NCBI GenBank assembly: GCA_049700215.1
Contig: JBNAVT010000026.1
Coordinates: forward strand, 1-28,050
Origin: Thermoproteota archaeon
Lineage (GTDB): Archaea; Thermoproteota; EX4484-205; JAAOZP01
Direction of reading: 5' to 3'
DNA length: 28,050 nt
The notes beneath the pieces are model-generated. The model was not told the DNA's origin. It was given only the letters and a program-made list of their open reading frames with translations, and did no database searches. Positions 9,415 through 17,979 of this stretch are shown one piece after another. Both the position numbers and the translations under genes were made by a program. Position 1 is the stretch's first letter. Each line of letters starts with the position of its first letter.

Positions 9415-9914
9415 TGAAAATGATTCTGAGAGGAAGAGTCTGGGTCCTGGGAGACCATGTCAATACGGACGTGATAATACCTGCGAAATACAAGTTTAGA
9501 ACCGGAGACTTCAAGGAGCTTGCGAAACATGTTTTCGAAGACTTGGATCCGACTTTAGCATCCAAGATATCGAAGGGAGATATTGTTATAGCCGGAAGAA
9601 ATTTCGGGATGGGTTCGAGCAGGGAGCACGCCCCTCGAGTGATTAAGGAGGCGGGAATCTCCGCGATAGTTGCATGCTCATTCGCCAGAATATTCTTCAG
9701 AAACGCTATAAACGTCGGGCTGCCAGTCGTCGAAGTTAAGGATGTTAACAAACATTTCAAGGAAGGAGACATAGCTTTAATAGACCTTGAAAAAGGCGTC
9801 GTCAGAAACGATACCACGAGGGTTGAGCTAAAGTTCTCACCCTACCCGGAATTCATAATGAACGTGATGAAGGCTGGAGGACTCGCCGCATATAGGAAAA
9901 ACCTTAAAACATAG
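9411..9914 (+). CDS. hacB: Homoaconitase/isopropylmalate isomerase family, small subunit (HacB/LysU/LeuD)
   Basis: VNTDVIIP, NFGMGSSREHA and SFARIFFRNAINVG. ATGA overlap with the large subunit. Confidence 0.9.
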   Translation: MMKMILRGRVWVLGDHVNTDVIIPAKYKFRTGDFKELAKHVFEDLDPTLASKISKGDIVIAGRNFGMGSSREHAPRVIKEAGISAIVACSFARIFFRNAINVGLPVVEVKDVNKHFKEGDIALIDLEKGVVRNDTTRVELKFSPYPEFIMNVMKAGGLAAYRKNLKT

Positions 9915-10011
9915 AGCGCCTTAAAAATCCCGAGGTTAAAAGATTGCCAACACTTCTTGACGTAGCGCGCGCTAGGAGAAACAGGCTTGTAAAACGCCTA
10001 ATAGGCCAGCC

Positions 10012-11052
10012 TTACTTTCTAAGCTTCTCCACAGCCCTCCTAGCTATTTCCCCAGCCATCTGCTGGGTTGAGGCTGATCCACCGAGGTCGTACGTGACAA
10101 CCTTGTTTTCAGCTATGACTTCTTCAGCGGCGGCGAAAACCGCTTTAGAAAGGTCTTTCTCACCAAGGTAGTCCAGCATCCATGCTCCCGCCAGGATCAT
10201 CGCCGTCGGGTTAACCTTGTTCAACCCCTTATACTTGGGGGCACTCCCGTGGGCGGGTTCAAACATCGCGTAATCGTCCCCGAAGTTCGCCGAGTAGACC
10301 AGCCCAATGTTGCCTATCAGGGCTGAAGCCTCCTCCGTAAGAATATCCATGAAAAGGTTCGTCCCAACGATCACGTTCTGGTTGAACCTCTGAGGATTCT
10401 TCACGAGCTGCTGGGCAAAATTATCCACAAAATAGCTTTCCACATCTATACCCGGGTATCCTCCGCTAACCTTCATGACGGTTGGGACGAATACTCCTCC
10501 ATCCGTCAGCTTCAGAATATTAGCCTTGTTGATGACTATTACTTTCCTCCAGCCCCTCAGCCTAGCCTGTTCGAAGGCGAACCTCGCAACCTTCTCTGAA
10601 GCGGTTCTAGATATTTTCCTCAAAGCTATCCCCACGTCTTCTGAAACCATGAACTCTATGCCCGTGTAAAGCCCTTCAGTACCCTCCCTAACGAAAAGCA
10701 TGTCAACCGGGCCAAGAGGGCCTTCACGCCCCCTGAAGGTTTTAATCGGCCTAACGTTGGCGTAAAGGTTGAAGGTCTGCCTTATGGTGACTGCAACGCT
10801 CTTAGGAGTATGCGGGTCCGGCAGCGTCGTCACCGGCGCCTTGTAGCAGGCGTCGCTCTCCCTTAAGGCTTCCCATGTTTCCTCCGGGAAGTAGGTTGCT
10901 CCACCGTGCTGCTGCCACCATTCTGACCCAGCGTCTCTAACTAGGAACTCTAAGCGTTCCGTCGCCCCGATTGCATTCATAACTTTCATAGCCGCCTCAG
11001 TCAGCTCCGGACCAGTTCCGTCTCCCCTGATCACGACAACCTTCTTAGCCAA
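10012..11052 (-). CDS. Isocitrate/homoisocitrate/isopropylmalate dehydrogenase family enzyme (NADP-type signature)
   Basis: [53 protein letters not shown] and TYDLGG. Confidence 0.9.
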   Translation of the reverse strand: MAKKVVVIRGDGTGPELTEAAMKVMNAIGATERLEFLVRDAGSEWWQQHGGATYFPEETWEALRESDACYKAPVTTLPDPHTPKSVAVTIRQTFNLYANVRPIKTFRGREGPLGPVDMLFVREGTEGLYTGIEFMVSEDVGIALRKISRTASEKVARFAFEQARLRGWRKVIVINKANILKLTDGGVFVPTVMKVSGGYPGIDVESYFVDNFAQQLVKNPQRFNQNVIVGTNLFMDILTEEASALIGNIGLVYSANFGDDYAMFEPAHGSAPKYKGLNKVNPTAMILAGAWMLDYLGEKDLSKAVFAAAEEVIAENKVVTYDLGGSASTQQMAGEIARRAVEKLRK

Positions 11053-11114
11053 GTGAGGATCCCATAGGGTTTAAAAACACCAGTATAAAAACTTATTACG
11101 TTTACAGCCTAACT

Positions 11115-11624
11115 CTAGTATACTCCCGACCGCTCAGGTACGCTCATGTTCTCAAACATGAATCTCCCCCTGTAGAGCTCGGAGGAGCCCTCCATGCTCA
11201 ACAGTATCAGCTGAGCAACCCTTGCTTCCTCCGCGATCCTGATTCCCTGCCTGTTGAAAACAACCATCAGGCCCATCCCCCTACCCTTATACCCCGGGTC
11301 CCAGACAGCAGTGTATATGGTTGCACCATTCCTAAGCAGGCTCGACCTTGGGAGAAGCAGGCCCAAGTATCCCGCCGGAATATTGACGACCTCGTGGTAG
11401 GTCACCCTGTAGCTTCCCTGCGGCAGCTCGTAGAACCCCTTGTTCGGAAGTATGTTGAGACCCTTGGAGAACCTTGGCTCAACGCTTATCTCACCCTCCT
11501 CAACGAGAACCTCTATTTTCTCAAGCGTGAGGTCGACTCCGGCTGGCTGAACCTGCTCCTCAACGCTCCTCAAACCCTCTACAACACCCATTTCAACAAT
11601 TCTTCTACCGGATAAGACTGGCAT
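11115..11624 (-). CDS. dut: Archaeal dUTPase (dCTP deaminase/dUTPase family)
   Basis: QVQPAGVDLT, PRSSLLR, TAVWDPGYKGRG, RVAQL and YRGRF. ATG at 11624 is preceded by GGTGA. Confidence 0.85.
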   Translation of the reverse strand: MPVLSGRRIVEMGVVEGLRSVEEQVQPAGVDLTLEKIEVLVEEGEISVEPRFSKGLNILPNKGFYELPQGSYRVTYHEVVNIPAGYLGLLLPRSSLLRNGATIYTAVWDPGYKGRGMGLMVVFNRQGIRIAEEARVAQLILLSMEGSSELYRGRFMFENMSVPERSGVY

Positions 11625-12462
11625 TGGGATCACCCTCGGCTGAAACCCTGTATCCTGCCCCCACGGCTACAGCATACTCAGGCAGCTTAGGCACTATGGG
11701 TTTGACCCCGAAGCTTGAAAGAGCCCTCTGAATACTCTTCAGGACGGGCGGCAGCTTCGCAACCCTCCCAACCAGAATAACCCTGTCCTCAAGCTGAAGC
11801 TTTGAGGCGGCTAGGAACGCGACTGACGCCACCACCTCCCCAACCAGATTGGTTATTCCGGCTGCAAGATCCTCAGGGCTCGAAGTGTCCCCAACCCTGC
11901 CGAGGTTGGAGGCAGTCATCTCAGGCGAGAGTATGCCTATCCCGTCGCCAACTATGTCGCCCACAGCCAGGTCGACCCTTCTAGAGTCGCCTTTCTCAGC
12001 CATCTCCACCAGGATGCTTATGCTCGAGATGCCGAGCATTTTCCTCGCCAGCCCCAGGAGGGTGCCTCCGCCCACGCCGGTCCCACCAATATGCCTTATC
12101 CTCCTCCCGTTTTCCCTCACCTCTATGAGCGCTGTGCCGGTGCCCATGCTTACAACCAGGGCTTCACTCAACCCGGTTAAGACTACCCCGCCCGTCCCCG
12201 CGGCAACGATCTCGTTAACCTTAACAACTCTCAGGCCGAGAATACTGTCGGGAAGCTGGCTGCTCCTGCCGCCAGCTATTGCTAACACGTCAACATCCTT
12301 AAGGGAGCACCCCATCATGACTATAAGCTTCCCGAGAAGCCCTATTGACGTGGCGAGAGGGTCTGAAGACGGCATTTCACTCACGCCGAGAATCTCACTG
12401 CCTTTCAAAGCCACGGCTTTCGTCGTCGAGCCTCCGATGTCTATTCCGACAGCGATCTTCAA
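11605..12462 (-). CDS. coaW: Type II pantothenate kinase-like (CoaW/Fumble family, ASKHA fold)
   Basis: GIDIGGSTTK, VNEIVAAGTG, VSMGTGT, HIGGTGVGGGTLLGL, GDSRRVDLAVGDI, ASNLG and YAVAVGA, in the order seen in Staphylococcus-type CoaW. Confidence 0.8.
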   Translation of the reverse strand: MKIAVGIDIGGSTTKAVALKGSEILGVSEMPSSDPLATSIGLLGKLIVMMGCSLKDVDVLAIAGGRSSQLPDSILGLRVVKVNEIVAAGTGGVVLTGLSEALVVSMGTGTALIEVRENGRRIRHIGGTGVGGGTLLGLARKMLGISSISILVEMAEKGDSRRVDLAVGDIVGDGIGILSPEMTASNLGRVGDTSSPEDLAAGITNLVGEVVASVAFLAASKLQLEDRVILVGRVAKLPPVLKSIQRALSSFGVKPIVPKLPEYAVAVGAGYRVSAEGDPNASLIR

Positions 12463-12518
12463 CCTTATACTAGGAGCATTGGGACAGTTTTAACCTTTTA
12501 CGGCACGCATCCTAGTGT

Positions 12519-13301
12519 TTATCCAGCAGGCTTAAGGAAAGGATAAGCCCTGTAGAGCAAATCAAGTATCGGGGGAACTACGAGTATGAATGGGATTTCT
12601 GTTCCGAAGACCCATAGGAAGAAGTAAAAAGCCAGGGCGAGGTCCGCCTTAACCCCAGTAACCGGCAGGCCGAACAGCTGGCTGTAAAACCATATGCCTA
12701 AGCCTATCCAAGCAGCCCCAGTAAGGAGACCCAGTGTCCCGCCCACGTAGTAGTTTAAATATTCTTTCCTAACCCTGCCCGCGGCTAAACCAAGCGTGAA
12801 CACGACTACTCCAAGTAATAGCAGCGCGTTTGAAACCCATCCCACACCCGTGTCAACCATTCCTGTTGAAACCATGTATTCAAAGTATAAGAGAGGGCCG
12901 AAGGCCGCGACTCCAAGAAGAACCAATGGCACGGTGGTCTTTAAGCCATTCCAATTCACCCTAGACCTTCCTATTTTACCCAGTATGTAGAACCCTAGGA
13001 AGTTAGAGGGTACTCCAGCGATAAGGCTTAGAAGAGGGTTCGTCTGCCCCGTAGCGTAGAAGGTGTACAGGTCGCTTAGAAAAATGCCTATTGCAGCCCC
13101 CATCCCCCCGGTTAAAGGGCCGAAAAGCATTGAGAAGATTGCTGGAACAAATACTGAGGGCCAGAACCTTACCACGCCTACAGCAGGGGTGAAAAGCCCT
13201 AGGAAAGTGGCTATCCCGATGACTGTATAGAGCGCGGCGCAGAGGCCTGTCGCCACAACTCTTCTCGCAGCCGACGTTTGAACACTGTTCGCCGCAACCA
13301 T
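12519..13301 (-). CDS. ECF transporter S component (substrate-binding membrane subunit)
   Basis: AALY helix 1, RFWP..F.P, LFGP..G..GAAIG.FLSD signature and about 7 hydrophobic segments. ATG at 13301 lies about 28 nt below a TATA-like element; the ORF extends to 13337. Confidence 0.85.
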   Translation of the reverse strand: MVAANSVQTSAARRVVATGLCAALYTVIGIATFLGLFTPAVGVVRFWPSVFVPAIFSMLFGPLTGGMGAAIGIFLSDLYTFYATGQTNPLLSLIAGVPSNFLGFYILGKIGRSRVNWNGLKTTVPLVLLGVAAFGPLLYFEYMVSTGMVDTGVGWVSNALLLLGVVVFTLGLAAGRVRKEYLNYYVGGTLGLLTGAAWIGLGIWFYSQLFGLPVTGVKADLALAFYFFLWVFGTEIPFILVVPPILDLLYRAYPFLKPAG

Positions 13302-13411
13302 TCTGCCCACCCGTTTCCAGGAGCCTCGTATAAACATACCGTACTGATTTTATATATTGTACATAAAAATTCAAAAAGCATATATTTTCTCTTTCTCAAA
13401 CATACTGAGCA

Positions 13412-14395
13412 TTGGTCTGGAAAAGAAGAGTCTTGAAAGCAGGCTCAGGCTCATTCCTCGTGACTCTTCCGAAAAACTGGGTTAAGCAGAGCAGGATAGA
13501 TAAGGGAATGACCCTAACAATGGTGAGCAACAAGGATGGCTCCCTGACGATAATACCCGAGGGGGGTGGGAGGCTGGTTGAGGAGGCTGTTAAAATAGAC
13601 TTGTCGCACCTGGAGTTGAAGCCGCAGCATGTTCTTCTCGGAAGCTATTTGCTCGGCTATAACACGATAATCATCAGAAGCGAGGAAGAGTTTTCAACAG
13701 CCGAGATATCTGAGGTGCGCAAGATAGTCAGGAGGCTTCCTGGGGCAGAGATATCTGAGGAGACTTCAAACCAGATAGAGGTCAGGGTGCTGCTCGACCC
13801 GGAGATGATAACTCCTGAGAAACTCGTCAGGAGGCAGAGCGCCCTCGCCGCGAGCATGATAGCCGACTGCGTTAAAGCATTAGTGAAAATGGATAAGGAG
13901 CTTGCTGAAAGGGTTATTGAGAGGGATGAGGAGGTTGACAGACAGTATTTCATACTCGTCAGGGTGATTAGGTCTGCCCTGAGGAACCCTGAGCTTCCGG
14001 CTAAGATGGGGATGGACTTCCTAAACCTGATGGATCTCAGGATGCTGGTGAAATACGTTGAGGATTCTGCGGACCAGTGTGTCCAAATATCCAGGGAGGT
14101 TTTAAGGATGCATGGCAGGGTCAAGAGGATAAGCCTAGGCGGGTTGAGCAATATGGGTGAAACCTTGAGCGACATGCATTCTAAGGCGATAGAGCTTTTC
14201 AGCATTTTCAACACCAATGTTCTGAGGGAGATAATGGAGAAGCATGCGGAGGTTGAGGAGAAGCTTCTAAGCCTTGAGGAGAAGCAGGATTACAGGGCGT
14301 ACGCCACGAGCCTGGTTAAAGTCTTCAACAGTCTCGTGAAAATACTTGAAAACATTAAGGATATTGTGGAGCTAGTGTCGATAAAGGCTTTTTAA
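13412..14395 (+). CDS. phoU: Archaeal phosphate uptake regulator PhoU with N-terminal AbrB domain
   Basis: AbrB motif RRV..GSGSFLVTLPKNW, YLLGY, G.EI.EE, DEEVDRQY and EDSAD. Confidence 0.9.
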   Translation: MVWKRRVLKAGSGSFLVTLPKNWVKQSRIDKGMTLTMVSNKDGSLTIIPEGGGRLVEEAVKIDLSHLELKPQHVLLGSYLLGYNTIIIRSEEEFSTAEISEVRKIVRRLPGAEISEETSNQIEVRVLLDPEMITPEKLVRRQSALAASMIADCVKALVKMDKELAERVIERDEEVDRQYFILVRVIRSALRNPELPAKMGMDFLNLMDLRMLVKYVEDSADQCVQISREVLRMHGRVKRISLGGLSNMGETLSDMHSKAIELFSIFNTNVLREIMEKHAEVEEKLLSLEEKQDYRAYATSLVKVFNSLVKILENIKDIVELVSIKAF

Positions 14396-17154
14396 ACACT
14401 CAGCTTTTCCAAAAGCCGCCCGTTCTGAGCCTCCCCGTTCAGCCGTAGCAGCAGCTCATCCTTCGAGTTAACTCCTACAAGCGATTTCGCAGCAGCCTCT
14501 AAAAGGCTTGAAACAGGCTCGACAACAATGCCTTTAGACTCTAAGAGTTCAACTATCTTAAGGCTCTTCATCGACTCGTAGTTGAACACGGGGACGAGAA
14601 GCTTCTTCGCATACTTGTCGGCTAAAGCAGCATCTATCTTACCCATGCCCCTGTGGTCCAGCCCTCCAACCGGCCAGACCTCCCCCTTGGCTGTTATCGC
14701 GCCAGTCATTATCACCGTGGGGTCCACCTCAATACCGGTGAAAGCAGATATCATCGCCACGCCTATTGCAAGCCCTGCTGAAGGGCCTGAGACAGGAGGA
14801 TAGGAGAGGCCTGGGCGGAGCTGAAGCTTCTCCATGCCCTTAGCCGGCGTGACTAGCTCCACGAAAACATCGTGATTCTTAAACCTCCACCCGGAAATAC
14901 TGTTGACGTATATGAAAGCGTCTTCAGCACTCGCCTGAATGCTTTCACCATACTCGCTTCCAACAACCTTCACAACACCCTTCCCCCTAGGATTAGTGAG
15001 AACCTCGATGACGCTTACAAACCCGCTCTGCTCCCCGGCTGCACCTATTGCGACGAGGCCGTAGCTCTTACCAACCTCAGGGCTCTCCACTCTCACACTC
15101 CTATCTATCATCGTCCTAGCCTCGCTTACAGCCTCCTCCTCCGAAAGGGTTTCCAACGCCTCTTGGAAATGAATCGGCCGCAACGGGTAGTTTGAAGCCG
15201 AGACCAGCCTGAGGCTGTCGAGAAATCCCTCGGAAGACTGGTCTAATCCAAGTATTTTAGAAAGCCTCTCCAGATCCTTAGCGTAGATCTTTCTTATCTC
15301 CTCAACCGGGCGGCCCTCGTCCACTGTTTTAACAAGCTGCCTCGCAGCATCCAGCTCCTTAACCCTGAGCCTGTTAGCCTCGTTTATAACGTCGGCAATC
15401 CTCCTGGGGCTTAAAGCCTTCTTCCTAAGTATCTCCAGCACGCTGTCCACGGTTGCTTCAGAGCTAAGGACATCCAGATACTTCTTCAAATGGATACTTA
15501 TGATCTCCTTCCTCTCCTCGTCGCTCCTAGGATAGTTGAATTCGAACACGCGTGTAAACCTTTCCAACAGAGCCCTGTCGAGAACGTCAATCCTGTTCGT
15601 GCTGGCTATCACCACCACGCCTGAGAGAGGTATGAAGCCGTCAAGCTCTGTCAAAAGCTGGCTCGTAACCCTATCTATAACAGGGTCATGGGTGCCGCGC
15701 CCAGGGGCCACGGAATCTATCTCGTCGAAGAAAACTATGGCTGGAGAATTTCTCCTAGCATCCTCGAAAATATCCCTTATCGTTTTCTCAGGATCCCCGT
15801 ACATCCCCTGTATTATGGAAGGCCCGTTGACAAGGTAGAACCAGACATTGTTCTCCCCGGCTATGGCTCTGGCGAGAAGAGTCTTACCGGTTCCCGGCGG
15901 GCCGTGGAAAAGAAAGCCTTTCGGAGGAATATACCTAGCCTTGCTTGCAAGCTCAGGGTTCAAAGACAAGGAGATTTCCTTTATAATCTCCTCCCTAACG
16001 CCTTTAAGCCCACCGACGTCCGCGTAACGCTCCTTAGGCCTAAGCTTAACCACAGACTTTTTCGCAGCCTCCGTCCTAGTGCTTACGGAGTAGGCCTTAA
16101 CTTTTGAAGCAGCCTCCCTGAAATCGTTAAGCGTAACAAGCTCGCCAGGGTTAACCTGGCTCCCAGGCTGGTTCCCGTGTAGAAGCCTGTCGACAATCCT
16201 CTTCTGAAGCGGAGCCGCCTTATTGCTGATAACCATCTGGAAAGCGTTAACTATGTCAGCAGGAGTTATGGCCTGCGTTTCAAAAGACCTTACACTGTCC
16301 TCTATCACTGTAAGAATGTCTTGCGGAGGGAGCCTCACACCGTGAACCTTACACTGTTTCTCAACTATTTTAAGAAGCATCTGCCTAGATATGTTTTCAT
16401 CAAGATCTATTGTTCCAGCAACCCCCCTCCTGCGGAGAGTATCTATAAGCGACTCATACTCGGTTGTTGAAACCAGCACCACGGTTCGGTAATCCTTCCT
16501 CTGAAGCTCGTCGAACTTCTCGAGGAGGACTGTTTGAACCCTTGTCTCCTCCATCCCAACTTCTGTCGTCGAGCTAAACTTTTTAGCAAAGGCTTGGAAC
16601 TCGTCTATCAAAACTATGCTGGGGTTGTAGAACACGTTGTTGAAGAACTCGCTGAGCCTCTGCGCACTCTGGCCATACCACATGGAGTAAACCTGTTCGG
16701 GCTTAAGCCTGGCGAGGTTAACCAGCAGACCATACTCTAAGCCTTTCTCAAAGCCCTCTCTCTGAGCGATCTCCGCGAAAAATGTTTTACCCGAGCCGCT
16801 TGAACCCTTTACGACGAACAGCTTCGGCGGAGGGGCTGCTTTAAAAGTCCGCCTTATCTCTGGATCTCTCAAAACATGGTAGTGGATGCTGACAAGAACC
16901 TTGAACAGCTCCTCATCCCTGCCAACGAGGTCCTCCCTGGCGACTCTGGGAAACATCGGGTTTTTCCTGATCTTCCTAGCCTTTTTCTCAACTATTTTCT
17001 TCCTCTTCTCCGGGGGGAGGCGGAGAAACTTCCACATGCGGTATTTCCATGAGAACAGGTTGAGTAGCGGGGAGAACAATAGTCTTAGAAACGGTTTCTT
17101 ATACCACCATTCCTCCTCGAACTCCCTGTCCTCTTCGAACTCGCCTGAAAACAT
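14392..17154 (-). CDS. Tandem (D1-D2) Cdc48-like AAA ATPase fused to a C-terminal Lon S16 protease domain
   Basis: D1: GSSGSGKT, pore loop MWYG, VLIDE, LRRR. D2: DVGGL, PKGFLFHGPPGTGKTLLARAIA, IVFFDEID, QLLTELDG, STNR, ALLERF. Lon domain: VGKSYGL, GPSAGLA, MTGAI, PVGG, KIDAA. Confidence 0.88.
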   Translation of the reverse strand: MFSGEFEEDREFEEEWWYKKPFLRLLFSPLLNLFSWKYRMWKFLRLPPEKRKKIVEKKARKIRKNPMFPRVAREDLVGRDEELFKVLVSIHYHVLRDPEIRRTFKAAPPPKLFVVKGSSGSGKTFFAEIAQREGFEKGLEYGLLVNLARLKPEQVYSMWYGQSAQRLSEFFNNVFYNPSIVLIDEFQAFAKKFSSTTEVGMEETRVQTVLLEKFDELQRKDYRTVVLVSTTEYESLIDTLRRRGVAGTIDLDENISRQMLLKIVEKQCKVHGVRLPPQDILTVIEDSVRSFETQAITPADIVNAFQMVISNKAAPLQKRIVDRLLHGNQPGSQVNPGELVTLNDFREAASKVKAYSVSTRTEAAKKSVVKLRPKERYADVGGLKGVREEIIKEISLSLNPELASKARYIPPKGFLFHGPPGTGKTLLARAIAGENNVWFYLVNGPSIIQGMYGDPEKTIRDIFEDARRNSPAIVFFDEIDSVAPGRGTHDPVIDRVTSQLLTELDGFIPLSGVVVIASTNRIDVLDRALLERFTRVFEFNYPRSDEERKEIISIHLKKYLDVLSSEATVDSVLEILRKKALSPRRIADVINEANRLRVKELDAARQLVKTVDEGRPVEEIRKIYAKDLERLSKILGLDQSSEGFLDSLRLVSASNYPLRPIHFQEALETLSEEEAVSEARTMIDRSVRVESPEVGKSYGLVAIGAAGEQSGFVSVIEVLTNPRGKGVVKVVGSEYGESIQASAEDAFIYVNSISGWRFKNHDVFVELVTPAKGMEKLQLRPGLSYPPVSGPSAGLAIGVAMISAFTGIEVDPTVIMTGAITAKGEVWPVGGLDHRGMGKIDAALADKYAKKLLVPVFNYESMKSLKIVELLESKGIVVEPVSSLLEAAAKSLVGVNSKDELLLRLNGEAQNGRLLEKLSV

Positions 17155-17180
17155 CCTCTTGGAAACAGTATGGCACCTAG

Positions 17181-17196
17181 GTATAAAGCTTTATAC
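17181..17196. promoter_or_regulatory. Perfect 16-bp palindrome containing back-to-back TATA boxes (bidirectional promoter or operator)
   Basis: GTATAAAGCTTTATAC is its own reverse complement. The minus-strand TTTATA lies 28-33 nt upstream of the ATG at 17154. Confidence 0.6.
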
Positions 17197-17259
17197 ACAG
17201 TTATTAAACTTAGGAATACGGAAAGAATAAATGCAGCGTTCAAGCATCGCTATAGAGGG

Positions 17260-17979
17260 TTGCTGAGGAAAACCGTGTTGACGCTATTAAGCTGGATACT
17301 ACTGACCTATGTAGTAGCTTCAGTCCCCGGGAACGGTGAGGTGGCGGAATACGATTTCCCGAGGGTAAACATTCTGGAGGGAGACCTTTTCCTGGTAACG
17401 CTGAGCCCCCCTGCGGAGAACATTCAAGTATACGTCAGAGGCTCGGAAACTGGGGATTTTTCCCTACTCGTATTAACGAATAGCAGCCTCGCCATACCTG
17501 TTTTAACGGGGCGCGTTTCAATAGTTCAATTCATACCTGAGTCTACGGTGACGAACCTTACTGTGACGTTCGACTCGAACAAGACCGTGAAAATGCTCTA
17601 CGGTATTTTAACGAACAACTACACGTACTACAGGCAGGTTTCCTCAGACTACTATACTTTCTCCAACGGTATTCTAGTGATTCTTCAGCCGCAAATAACG
17701 ATTCCCAGAGGAGCCTCGAGAATAACTTTTATTCTAAACAGGATTAAAGCCAAGAGCCCTGGTGGTTTTCTCATAGATCTGCCTCCGCTGGCGAAAATGC
17801 TTCCGTTCGCAGCCGCGGTAGCGATACTCGCATACTTGAACGCTTACGTAATCGTCGACTCCTACTACGTATCTAAGCGGGAGGAATTGAGCAGGAGCAG
17901 GAAACTGGGCGTAGCACTTCTAATAGCTTTAAGCGCGCTCGCAATATACTGGCTGTTTAACAACTTCGTTAAATACTAA
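17260..17979 (+). CDS. Uncharacterised membrane protein: signal peptide, extracellular beta-rich domain, two C-terminal TM helices
   Basis: LRKTVLTLLSWILLTYVVAS signal-like segment, N-glycosylation sequons (NSS, NLT, NKT, NYT) and two C-terminal hydrophobic helices. TTG at 17260 is preferred over the ORF start at 17170. Confidence 0.7.
   Translation: MLRKTVLTLLSWILLTYVVASVPGNGEVAEYDFPRVNILEGDLFLVTLSPPAENIQVYVRGSETGDFSLLVLTNSSLAIPVLTGRVSIVQFIPESTVTNLTVTFDSNKTVKMLYGILTNNYTYYRQVSSDYYTFSNGILVILQPQITIPRGASRITFILNRIKAKSPGGFLIDLPPLAKMLPFAAAVAILAYLNAYVIVDSYYVSKREELSRSRKLGVALLIALSALAIYWLFNNFVKY

Noticed and set aside
11849-12493. Long antisense ORFs (also 13657-14217, 24976-25590, 9024-9530, 9380-9817, 21187-21636, 27407-27805)
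   Set aside because: Shadows of well-supported genes on the opposite strand, with atypical Ser/Pro/Thr-rich composition.
14392-17154. Annotation as ordinary Cdc48/VAT, LonB or FtsH
   Set aside because: It has no Cdc48 N domain or HbYX tail, no LonB transmembrane insert within the AAA domain, no HEXXH motif, and it has two AAA modules plus a Lon domain.
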